From an uncultured Actinomycetes bacterium (GTDB taxonomy: Bacteria > Actinomycetota > Coriobacteriia > Anaerosomatales > CAVRZR01): a DNA stretch of 64,000 bases. Shown piece after piece: positions 42,911 through 51,709 of this stretch (its first letter is position 1; each line of letters starts with the position of its first letter). Under the pieces are notes generated by a model, which ran no database searches, had not been told where the DNA came from, and worked only from the letters and a program-made list of their open reading frames with translations. The position numbers and the translations under genes are program-made. The DNA lies in the NCBI GenBank assembly GCA_963809535.1, contig CAWEJW010000001.1:553354-617353 (forward strand). The letters are read 5' to 3'.

Positions 42911-44323
42911 GTGGCTGACACGAAGAAGCCGTGGGGTGGCCGATTCGAGAAGTCGCCGGGCCGCTTCCTCGACGAGTTCGGCGCCTCCCTCCTCGTAGAC
43001 CAGAGGATGTGGGCCGAAGACATCCGGGGCTCGCTCGCCCACGCACGCATGCTCGCCCAACAAGGCATCATCTCGGTCGCCGACGCTGACACTATCGAGA
43101 GCGGCCTGTCGGAGATCTACCGTGAGATCCGAGAAGGGCGCTTCGTTTTCGACATCGCCGACGAAGACGTGCACATGGCGATCGAGCGCGCTCTCACTGA
43201 GCGCATCGGCCCGGCCGGTGCGCGTCTGCATACCGCGCGGAGCCGCAACGACCAGGTCGCGACGGACACGCGGATGTTCGCGAAGGAGGCGGCGGGTGCG
43301 CTCGCTAGGCGGCTGACCGGTCTACGTGAGACGCTTGTGCGGCGCGCCGAGGAGCTCCTTGGTGTGGTCATGCCCGGGTACACGCACTTGCAGCGGGCCC
43401 AGCCCGTCCTCGTGAGCCATCACCTGCTCGCGTACGCGTGGATGTTCACGCGCGACGTCACGAGACTGCGGCACGCCCGGGAGAGCGCGGACGTGCTGCC
43501 GCTTGGCAGCGCAGCGCTCGCCGGAACCACCTTCGACGTCGACCGGCAGTACGTCGCGGACCGACTGGGATTCGGCGAGGTCAGCGCGAACTCGCTGGAC
43601 GCGGTCTCCGACAGGGACTTCCTTCTCGACCTCGTGTACGCATGCACGGTGTCGATGATCCATCTCTCGCGCCTTGCCGAGGAGCTTATCCTCTGGTCAA
43701 CCGAGGAGTTCGGTTTCGTCTCTCTCGACGACTCGTATGCCACCGGCTCCTCGATCATGCCTCAGAAGAAGAATCCCGACTTTGCGGAACTCATCCGTGG
43801 CAAGACCGGACGCGTCGTGGGCGATCTCGTTGCACTGCTGACCATGCTGAAGGCTCTTCCGCTCGCGTACAACAAGGATATGCAGGAGGACAAGGAGACG
43901 GCTTTCGACGCCGTGGACACGCTGTCCGACTGCGCGCTCGTCATGGACGGCATGGTAGCGACCTTGGGCGTGCACGCAGACCGCATGGGCGAGGCCGCCC
44001 AAGGCGGGTTCATGGCGGCAACCGATCTGGCCGACTACTTGGCAACCAAGGGCGTCCCGTTCAGAAAGGCACACGAGGTCGTGGGCGCGCTCGTCCTGCA
44101 GTGCGAGAAGGACGGAAGGACCCTGCAGGATCTGACCGCGGACGATCTGCGAGCTGCGTCGGAGTACTTCGGTGCCGATGCGCTCGAGGCGGTCGACATC
44201 TCGAAAGTCGTCGAGCGCCGCTCGAGCGAGGGCGGGACCAGTACTGCGGCAGTGCGCTGCCAGATCGACAAGCTGCACGACGTGCTAGCGGCGGACCGCA
44301 CGTGGCTCGAATCGTTAGCGTAG
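42911..44323 (+). CDS. argH: argininosuccinate lyase
   Basis: PWGGRFEKSP, TARSRNDQVATD, GYTHLQRAQP and the fumarate-lyase signature GSSIMPQKKNPD. Start uncertain (GTG 42911 or TTG 42899). Confidence 0.9.
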   Translation: MADTKKPWGGRFEKSPGRFLDEFGASLLVDQRMWAEDIRGSLAHARMLAQQGIISVADADTIESGLSEIYREIREGRFVFDIADEDVHMAIERALTERIGPAGARLHTARSRNDQVATDTRMFAKEAAGALARRLTGLRETLVRRAEELLGVVMPGYTHLQRAQPVLVSHHLLAYAWMFTRDVTRLRHARESADVLPLGSAALAGTTFDVDRQYVADRLGFGEVSANSLDAVSDRDFLLDLVYACTVSMIHLSRLAEELILWSTEEFGFVSLDDSYATGSSIMPQKKNPDFAELIRGKTGRVVGDLVALLTMLKALPLAYNKDMQEDKETAFDAVDTLSDCALVMDGMVATLGVHADRMGEAAQGGFMAATDLADYLATKGVPFRKAHEVVGALVLQCEKDGRTLQDLTADDLRAASEYFGADALEAVDISKVVERRSSEGGTSTAAVRCQIDKLHDVLAADRTWLESLA

Positions 44324-44330
44324 CGCGGGC

Positions 44331-45389
44331 GTGAGCGAGCCCTCAAGAACGCTGGCGGCCAATGCTGACGTGGGATATCGGCTGCAGCAGATCGATGTGC
44401 TCAAAGGTCTCGCCGTTCTGGCTGTCGTAGCGACTCACAGTCTAAGCGCGTCGCAGCTGGTCAATTCGTGGGCAGTGCTGCACATCTGGCAGGCCGTGCC
44501 CCTATTCGTCGTGATGCTCGGTGTGACTGCAGCCATGTCGTTCGAACGACGCCACCGGGCGGGCGCGGCGCACTTCTTCACCCGCGGGTACCTCACGTCC
44601 CGTGCACTGCGCCTACTCCTACCCTTTGCGCTCGTCTGGGTTCTCTCGGTGATCGTGGCCTACGACAAACGCGATTTTCGCTTCGATGCCCTGTCGTTCT
44701 TGCTTCGAATGCCGTATCCCGGCCGTGGCAACTACTTCGTGCCCGTCGTCGTGGTCCTGCTGCTCATCGCGCCGGCGGTCTATGTCGCATATCGCAAGGC
44801 TCCCTGGGTGACGCTTGCCGGTCTTATCGGCTTGAACCTTGTATTCGAGCTCGCCGCTGCGCACGTTGCGTTGTTCGACAGACGTGCGTTCGTCTACAGC
44901 GCGGCCTTTCCGCGCTATCTCGCTGCCTTCGCGCTTGGATTCTTCATTGTCGATGTTCGCGTGAACAAGGGCGTGCGGTGGGCCGTCCTCGGGGTCGGTG
45001 CCGCGCTGTCGGTCTTCTACCTCTACGTCGGCAATTCGGGGCTCTGGGCGCCCCCGTTCCTTCCCGACTGGCGTACGCAGAACGTGCTCGCGGTCTTCTA
45101 CCCTGCGCTGCTCGCCGCAATCGGCATTCGCTACTTGCCTCAACGAAGCGACAACCCGTTGCTCGTCGGGACTGCGTGGATCGGTCGCGCCAGCTATCAC
45201 GTGTTTCTTATGCAGATGCTCTTCTTCACCCTGGTTCCCGGCTCGCGAACGTGGCTCATGCTCATTGTCAACGTTGTCATCTGCGCATTCGCCGGCCTTG
45301 GATTCTACTTCGCTGAATTGTGGGTACGTGACTCTTGGCGGGCGAAGACCGCCGACTCGGCAGACACCCGGGACACTGCCGAGCACTGA
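44331..45389 (+). CDS. acyltransferase family 3 membrane protein
   Basis: QQIDVLKGLAVLAVVATHS at the N-terminus, followed by about 10 hydrophobic segments. Confidence 0.7.
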   Translation: MSEPSRTLAANADVGYRLQQIDVLKGLAVLAVVATHSLSASQLVNSWAVLHIWQAVPLFVVMLGVTAAMSFERRHRAGAAHFFTRGYLTSRALRLLLPFALVWVLSVIVAYDKRDFRFDALSFLLRMPYPGRGNYFVPVVVVLLLIAPAVYVAYRKAPWVTLAGLIGLNLVFELAAAHVALFDRRAFVYSAAFPRYLAAFALGFFIVDVRVNKGVRWAVLGVGAALSVFYLYVGNSGLWAPPFLPDWRTQNVLAVFYPALLAAIGIRYLPQRSDNPLLVGTAWIGRASYHVFLMQMLFFTLVPGSRTWLMLIVNVVICAFAGLGFYFAELWVRDSWRAKTADSADTRDTAEH

Positions 45390-45405
45390 GCTGCAATGGC
45401 GGGTG

Positions 45406-47157
45406 ATGGACGTGCCTGAGTTCGACAACGTAGCCATCGCCCAGCTTCTCGACACGACGGGCGATCTGCTCGAGCTTGCGGGCGTCGACAAGTTCCGGTT
45501 CCTCTCCTATCACAAGGCGGCTGCAGCGGTGAGAGCGTGGCCCGAGCAGCTCTCCGTTCTGGCCGAAGAAGACCGGTTGACGGAGGTTCCCGGCATCGGC
45601 AAGAAGCTCGCGGTCGCGATCGAGCAGATACTCAGCACGGGAACGTTCGCCGAGTACGAGGAAGCCGTGGCGGCCTTCCCGCCCACGCTCGCTGAAGTGA
45701 TGCAGGTGCCTGGCGTTGGACCGGTTCGCGCTCGGACGCTGTATGAGACGCTCTCGATCGCGTCGGTCGCGGACCTCGAGAGGGCCCTGGCCGAAGGTCG
45801 ATTGAGCGAGATCCAGACCTTCCGCGAGAAGACCATCGCCAACATCGCGGCCGGGGTGGAGGTGTACCTGCGCACACACGGTCGCACCATGCTCATGGAC
45901 GCGCTCCCGCTTGCGGAGCACGTGCTGGAGGTGCTGCGAGCGCTCCCTTCAGTCGAGCGGGCCGAACCCGCAGGGTCGTTGCGCAGGATGCAGGAGACGG
46001 TCGGAGACATCGACATCATCGCGTCCTCGGCCGAGCCCGACGCCGCGATGGCCGCCGTTCGGGAGCTCCCGATCGTGGCGCGCGTGATCGGCAGCGGCGC
46101 CAGCAAGACGAGCGTGCTCACGACCGCCGGTCTGCAAGTAGACGTGAGGGTGGTCAGGCCCGAGCAGTTCGGCGCTGCTCTGCAGTACTTCACGGGCGAC
46201 AAGCAGCACAACATCGCGCTTCGCGAGATCGCCAAGAAGCGACACCTGAAGGTGAACGAGTACGGAGTCTTCCGTGTCGATGCGGCGGGCTCCGAGATCG
46301 AGCACTTGGGTGGCGCGACCGAGGACGAGGTGTATGCCCTGCTCGGCATGCAGGCTCCGCCTCCCGAGATCCGGCGGGGGACGGGTGAGATCGAAGCCGC
46401 GCTCGAGCGTCGCCTCCCGCGCCTGCTCGAGCTCGCCGACATTCGCGCGGATATGCACTTGCACACGAACTCGACCGACAGCCGCTCGAGCATGGAGGAT
46501 AACCGCGCGAAGGCGGCTGAGCTGGGCTACGAGTACCTGGCAGTCACCGACCATGCGTACAACCTGCGCATGGTCAAGGGGCTTGACGTGGAGCAGCTCC
46601 GTGCGCAGTGGGCGCGGGTTGACGAACTCAACTCTCTGGCGGGCCCGCGCATCTTGAAGGGGATCGAACTCAACATCGGCGAAGACGGATCGCTGGACTA
46701 TCCCGACGAGGTACTCTCGCAGTTCGACTTCTGCATCGCCTCGCTACACGCGGGCTGGGGCGATCCGCAAGAGGTCGCCACCGCCCGCCTCATCAAGGCG
46801 ATGGAGTGCCCCTTCGTCGACATCATCGGGCATCCGACCGGCCGCATCATCGGCAGGCGCGATCCGATCTCGCTCAACATGGAGGCCGTGCTCGCGAAGG
46901 CAGCAGAGACCGGCACGCTCATGGAGATCAACGCCTATCCCGACCGACTTGACCTGTCCGACGTACACCTTCGCCTGGCCAAGAAGCATGGCGTGCGTTT
47001 CGCGCTGGGAACCGATGCCCATCATTGCGAGCAGATGGGCTATATGCGCTACGGCGTGGGCGACGCGCGGCGCGGCTGGGTCACAGCGGAGGAGGTGTTG
47101 AACGCGCAGCCCGTGGACGTCGCGCTGAGCTGGCTCAAGCGCAACCGCGCCGTTTGA
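45406..47157 (+). CDS. polX: DNA polymerase/3'-5' exonuclease PolX (Pol X core plus PHP domain)
   Basis: N-terminal HhH repeats (FRFLSYHKAA..V), GSLRRMQETVGDIDII, and the PHP domain DMHLHTN.TD......VTDHA...HAGW....GHPTGR...R...GTDAH. Confidence 0.85.
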   Translation: MDVPEFDNVAIAQLLDTTGDLLELAGVDKFRFLSYHKAAAAVRAWPEQLSVLAEEDRLTEVPGIGKKLAVAIEQILSTGTFAEYEEAVAAFPPTLAEVMQVPGVGPVRARTLYETLSIASVADLERALAEGRLSEIQTFREKTIANIAAGVEVYLRTHGRTMLMDALPLAEHVLEVLRALPSVERAEPAGSLRRMQETVGDIDIIASSAEPDAAMAAVRELPIVARVIGSGASKTSVLTTAGLQVDVRVVRPEQFGAALQYFTGDKQHNIALREIAKKRHLKVNEYGVFRVDAAGSEIEHLGGATEDEVYALLGMQAPPPEIRRGTGEIEAALERRLPRLLELADIRADMHLHTNSTDSRSSMEDNRAKAAELGYEYLAVTDHAYNLRMVKGLDVEQLRAQWARVDELNSLAGPRILKGIELNIGEDGSLDYPDEVLSQFDFCIASLHAGWGDPQEVATARLIKAMECPFVDIIGHPTGRIIGRRDPISLNMEAVLAKAAETGTLMEINAYPDRLDLSDVHLRLAKKHGVRFALGTDAHHCEQMGYMRYGVGDARRGWVTAEEVLNAQPVDVALSWLKRNRAV

Positions 47158-47204
47158 CGTGCCGGGGCGGGGGCCGAGGGTTCGTCGCCGGCGGGCGGGA
47201 TGGC

Positions 47205-47660
47205 TCAGGCGCTTGGCAGGACGAACGTCAGGCTGAGGATGTGGTAGCCGATGAGCGCTGCGTAGACCGCTGTCGAAAGCACTGCGAATTCGAGGATCCG
47301 CCGGTACCTGCGACCCCACCACACGGCAAGGCTGATCGCGAGCACGAGAGTGATCTTGAACAGGACGGCCGACAGCGAGTCTATGTTGAAGAAGAACGTC
47401 ATGACCGGATTGACCTCTACCGCCCCACGGTCTAGGGCGAGCAGCGTGAAGCGCAGGTCGAGCATGTTCAGAATGTTGAGCACTCCGAGCATCACCAGGA
47501 GCAGAAGGGATGAGTCGCGGAGGACGGAGATCCCGTACTCACACCGCCGGTCAAATCCAGTGCGCCTCTCAGGCCACCTGGAGCGGGTCCGCTTGACGCG
47601 CCGGTCGGCTGCTCGAAGTCCCATGTGATCCCTTGCAGGTCGTTCGCGAGAATGACCCAA
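47205..47660 (-). CDS. DUF5658-like small membrane protein
   Basis: Arg-rich N-terminus, then NILNMLDLRFTLLALDRGAVEVNPVM...LFKI.LV typical of DUF5658. Start codon uncertain. Confidence 0.55.
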   Translation of the reverse strand: MGHSRERPARDHMGLRAADRRVKRTRSRWPERRTGFDRRCEYGISVLRDSSLLLLVMLGVLNILNMLDLRFTLLALDRGAVEVNPVMTFFFNIDSLSAVLFKITLVLAISLAVWWGRRYRRILEFAVLSTAVYAALIGYHILSLTFVLPSA

Positions 47661-47726
47661 AGTATATGCCCGCGGGTCAAGACCCTGCCACGTCTCCAGT
47701 GGCGGTTCCTACGATAGGATGAGGGC

Positions 47727-48377
47727 ATGAACGGGGCCTCCGACACCCCATCGCTCACAAGGCTCAAGCCCTTCGCTGCCGAGTTCTTCGCTCAGGACCC
47801 GCGTGCGGTCGCGCAGGGGATCCTCGGCTCACTCCTTGTGAGTTCGGCGCGGGATATCGAGACAGGCGGGCGTATCGTAGAGGCCGAGGCCTACCTCGGT
47901 AGCGGCGATCTCGGTTCGCACGCAGCGACGAGAAAGATCACGAAGCGCAACGTGGTCATGTACGGCCCTCCGGGAAGCGTCTATGTCTACTTCGCCTACG
48001 GCAACCATCACATGCTCAACTTCGTGTGTTGCCCCCAAGGCGAGGCCGGTGCCGTTCTCGTGCGTGCCGTGGAGCCGCTCATCGGCGTCGAGGTGATGCG
48101 CACTCGTCGCGGCGGGCGTCCGCTCCATGAGCTTGCGAACGGCCCAGGCAAGGTCTGCGCGGCGCTCGGCGTCGACCTATCGGACAACGCGACGATGCTC
48201 GGTGAGGGCAGAATCGTCGTGTACCATTGGCAGCACCCGCGCGTCACGGACGTTGAGATCTCGGGCAGGATCGGTCTTTCCGCTGGTCACGAACTCGACT
48301 TGCGCTACTACGTGCGAGGAGATCCATACGTGTCGCGCGGCCCTGCTGGGGTGAGTAGCAAGCGCGGTTCGGCATAG
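47727..48377 (+). CDS. mpg: DNA-3-methyladenine glycosylase (Mpg/AAG family)
   Basis: FF..DP..VA..ILG..LV......GGRIVE.EAYLG..D.GSHA......RN.VM.GPPG..YVYF.YG.HHMLN.V. Confidence 0.85.
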   Translation: MNGASDTPSLTRLKPFAAEFFAQDPRAVAQGILGSLLVSSARDIETGGRIVEAEAYLGSGDLGSHAATRKITKRNVVMYGPPGSVYVYFAYGNHHMLNFVCCPQGEAGAVLVRAVEPLIGVEVMRTRRGGRPLHELANGPGKVCAALGVDLSDNATMLGEGRIVVYHWQHPRVTDVEISGRIGLSAGHELDLRYYVRGDPYVSRGPAGVSSKRGSA

Positions 48378-48411
48378 GCTCCATAGACGGACAGAAGGGG
48401 AGGACTGCGCC

Positions 48412-49365
48412 GTGAAGCTGAAGGACATCTACCGAATAGCTGTTGAGACAGGCATCGCCGCCGACGAGCGTGACAGAGCCGAGATCGATCGAGTGCTGGC
48501 CGAAGCGAAGAAGACCCTCGACAAGCTCGACGATGACGAGAAGGCCTTCTTCGATGTCGAGAAGCTAGCGAACCCCTACGCCGATACCCGCGTGTGCGAA
48601 GGCGACCCGGAGATGGACGTCCGCGGATTGCTCGTCGGGATCGACATGGAAACCCCAGAGGTCGTCCTTGCCGACAGGCTCAGAGAACGCGGCGAGCCCA
48701 TCGACCTGGTCCTCGCTCATCATCCGGAGGGTCCGGGATACGCGAATCTTGATGAGGTGATGTACCTGCAGGCCGACCTCTGGGCTGCGCAGGGCGTCAG
48801 CATCGCGGCGGGCGACGCACTCATCGCGCCGCGCGCCGAGGAGATCCGTCGACGCATCAGCCCAGTCAACCACTACAGGGCCATAGACGCTGCGCGTCTC
48901 CTAGGCTTCGCCTCGATGTCGTGCCACACGCCCGCGGACAACTGCGTTCACGCGTTCGTGCAGCGGTTCGTTGAGGAGGCCGCGCCCGAGACACTCGAGC
49001 AACTGGTGAAGGCGCTCCGCACCATCCCGGAATACGCAGAGGGAGCGCGCCGAGGCTACGGACCCGCGATCGTGCAGGGAACCGCCTCGGGTCGCCCGGG
49101 TCGGATGGTCGCGGACATGACCGGCGGTACGGAGGGGCCGATCGATGCTCTGAACCGACTCTCGACGGCCGGCGTGGGCACATTGGTAGGCATGCATTAC
49201 TCGGAGGAGCATCGCAAGCGCGCCGAGGAACTCAAGATGAATCTGGTCGTAGCCGGGCACATCTCATCCGACGCGCTTGGGATGAATCTGATCCTCGACG
49301 CAATCGAGCGCGCTGGAGACGTGAAGATCGTCTGCACGTCGGGAATGGTGCGAGTCAGAAGGTAG
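48412..49365 (+). CDS. Nif3-like dinuclear metal centre protein (long form)
   Basis: 317 aa. DLVLAHHPEG and a C-terminal ..NLVVAGHISSD.LG.N are reminiscent of the NIF3/DUF34 family. Moderate certainty only. Confidence 0.5.
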   Translation: MKLKDIYRIAVETGIAADERDRAEIDRVLAEAKKTLDKLDDDEKAFFDVEKLANPYADTRVCEGDPEMDVRGLLVGIDMETPEVVLADRLRERGEPIDLVLAHHPEGPGYANLDEVMYLQADLWAAQGVSIAAGDALIAPRAEEIRRRISPVNHYRAIDAARLLGFASMSCHTPADNCVHAFVQRFVEEAAPETLEQLVKALRTIPEYAEGARRGYGPAIVQGTASGRPGRMVADMTGGTEGPIDALNRLSTAGVGTLVGMHYSEEHRKRAEELKMNLVVAGHISSDALGMNLILDAIERAGDVKIVCTSGMVRVRR

Positions 49366-51615
49366 TGCGCGAGCCCACTCACCGCGACACCGTCTGCCAC
49401 ATGTGGTGATGCTGTCTACGGAGAGGGCGGGGTCGTCGGCTCCGGCGTTGGCGGCGGAGGCGTTGGTGGCGTTCGGCGGCTTCGCTGTAGGCTTCGGGCC
49501 CTTCGACACGCGGATCGTGACACTCGAACCCGGCGTCACACGGCTGCCGGCACGGGGTGACTGTCCCACGATCGTCCCCTTCGGCACGTTGGCGGAGACA
49601 TAGGCGATCGTGTAGGTGAGACCCTTCTGGGTCAAGGCGGTCTGCGCCGCGCTCAGCGACATGCCCGAGAGATTGGGCACCCTCGCACCCGTCCACTCGG
49701 GCTTGTATGTGTACTCGGGATCGCCGTACCGCTGGAAGTCGAGTTCAGGTTGGCCCGCAAGTGCGGGCTTCATGTAATCGGCCCAAATGGGTGCGGCCAG
49801 CGTCCCGCCGAAGCCCCGGCGACCGTGCACCGAGCGCATGGACTTCTCGGTCTTGTAATAGCCGACCCACACCGACGTCACCAGCTGCGGAGTGAGTCCG
49901 ACGAACCACGCATCGCGATAGTTCTGGCTCGTTCCGGTCTTGCCCGCTGCGGGACGCCCGATGTTGGCTCGCGTTCCCGTGCCGCTGGTGATGACCCCCT
50001 TGAGGACGTCGACAGCAGCGCCGGCGATCTCCTGCGAGATGGCCCGCGTCGCCTTCGGTCGGACGCGCAGTATCGTCTTGCCTTCGACATCGACGATGCG
50101 TGTGATCGCGATGGGCTTGTAGTGCAGACCGCCTTTGGCGAGCGTGCCGTAGGCCGAAGCCATCTCGAGCGGAGTCACGTTGCTGCTGCCGAGCCCGATC
50201 GACGGGTAGGCGGGCAGCGTCGATGTGATGCCCATCCTGCGGGCGACCTTGACGACCTTGGCCGCCCCGATCTCCCAGATGAGGCGCGCGAACACCGTGT
50301 TGATCGACGACCTGGTTCCCGTCTGCATCGTGACCATCCCGTGGCCGGAGCCCTCGCTGTTGGAGACGATCCAGGGTTTCGGCTTGGTGGGGATGTAGGC
50401 CGGCGAGGACGAATCGACGTACCTCGTCGGAGGCATGCCTTCTTGTAGCGCAGTCACGAGGACAAAGGTCTTGAACGAGGAGCCGGGCTGTCGTCTTCCT
50501 TGCGTCGCGAGGTTGAACTTGTTCTTGTTGTAGTCCCGCCCGCCGTACATCGCCTTGATGTATCCATTGCGCGGGTCGATGGAAACGAGCGCGGTGTCCG
50601 GGTCGCCGGGCCTGTTGAGATTCTGCTTGACCGCATTCTCGGCGTACTTCTGAAGCCTGGTATCCAACGTCGTGTACACGCGAAGCCCGCCCTTGAAGAC
50701 GACGGATCTCGGGTAGCGCTGCTGCAGTTCCTTCTTCACGTGCGCTACGAAGTAGGCGGCCTGATACACGCCGCTCTCGGGCTCGGCGGACCGCCGGAGC
50801 TTCAGGGGGACCGCATCGGCCTTCGCGTACTTCTCCTGGGTGATGTAGCCGTTGGCCAACAGGCGCTGGAGGACCAGGTGGCGCCGCTGGAGCGCACCCT
50901 CCGGATTGTCGTACGGGTCGAGCCGACTCGGTTGCTGCACGAGTCCCGCGAGTAGAGCCGCCTCTGCAAGCGTGAGTTTCGACGCGTTCTTCGCAAAGAA
51001 CGTACGGGCTGCTGATTCGGCGCCATATGCCCCTTCGCCGAAGTAGACGGTGTTGAGATAGAGGGTGAGGATGTCCTTCTTCGACTGTCGCTTCTCCAGC
51101 TCGAGGGCCAGATAGGCTTCACGCACCTTGCGCTCCAGCGTGACCGACGTCTTCTCGCTCAAGAGGATCGTGTTGCGGATGTATTGCTGCGTTATGGTCG
51201 ACGCGCCCTCAGGGCGAGTACGTGGCGTGAAGACGTTCGCCACAACGGCACGCACCACCCCCTGCCAGTCAACGCCCTTGTGCAGGTAGAAGCGTTCGTC
51301 CTCAACGGCGACCGTTGCATTGATCAAGTCAGTGGCGATCTTCGAATACGGGACGACGGTACGGTCTTCAAGATAGAGACGGGCCAGAAGCTTGCCATCG
51401 GCCGAGTAGATGCGCGTGGGCTCGGCGACGCGGAAGGCCGTGGGGGACTGGTAGTCCGGGAGGTTTCGGAGCCAACCGCCGACGACGGCGGAAGCGGCTG
51501 CGACACTGCCGAGCAGCAGGACGAGCACGACCGCCATGAGGATCGTGACGAATCCGAACGTCCTGTTGCGACTATGTCGTGCGTTCCGCCGCGTCCTGTC
51601 GCGCCTTCTTGACAT
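49264..51615 (-). CDS. class A penicillin-binding protein (glycosyltransferase plus transpeptidase) with C-terminal PASTA domain
   Basis: GT51 motifs (VAVEDERFY.H.GVD, RPEGASTITQQY). Transpeptidase motifs PGSSFK, SNS and KTGT. PASTA segment VPNLSGMSLSAAQTALTQKGL. The 3' tail overlaps the convergent Nif3-like gene by about 100 nt. Confidence 0.9.
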   Translation of the reverse strand: MSRRRDRTRRNARHSRNRTFGFVTILMAVVLVLLLGSVAAASAVVGGWLRNLPDYQSPTAFRVAEPTRIYSADGKLLARLYLEDRTVVPYSKIATDLINATVAVEDERFYLHKGVDWQGVVRAVVANVFTPRTRPEGASTITQQYIRNTILLSEKTSVTLERKVREAYLALELEKRQSKKDILTLYLNTVYFGEGAYGAESAARTFFAKNASKLTLAEAALLAGLVQQPSRLDPYDNPEGALQRRHLVLQRLLANGYITQEKYAKADAVPLKLRRSAEPESGVYQAAYFVAHVKKELQQRYPRSVVFKGGLRVYTTLDTRLQKYAENAVKQNLNRPGDPDTALVSIDPRNGYIKAMYGGRDYNKNKFNLATQGRRQPGSSFKTFVLVTALQEGMPPTRYVDSSSPAYIPTKPKPWIVSNSEGSGHGMVTMQTGTRSSINTVFARLIWEIGAAKVVKVARRMGITSTLPAYPSIGLGSSNVTPLEMASAYGTLAKGGLHYKPIAITRIVDVEGKTILRVRPKATRAISQEIAGAAVDVLKGVITSGTGTRANIGRPAAGKTGTSQNYRDAWFVGLTPQLVTSVWVGYYKTEKSMRSVHGRRGFGGTLAAPIWADYMKPALAGQPELDFQRYGDPEYTYKPEWTGARVPNLSGMSLSAAQTALTQKGLTYTIAYVSANVPKGTIVGQSPRAGSRVTPGSSVTIRVSKGPKPTAKPPNATNASAANAGADDPALSVDSITTCGRRCRGEWARALPSDSHHSRRADDLHVSSALDCVEDQIHPKRVG

Positions 51616-51709
51616 GCCTGGTGCTCACCTCCAGCGTGTATTGTGCGCTACCTGGGCGAAAGATATGCCAGGACGCAACTGAGCCGTTACGGCGGGAGGA
51701 CACCCGCGA

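Noticed and set aside
44998-45405. N-terminal 136-aa extension of the polX ORF
   Set aside because: It lies entirely inside the acyltransferase gene in another frame. PolX homology starts at MDVPEFDNVAIAQLL (ATG 45406).
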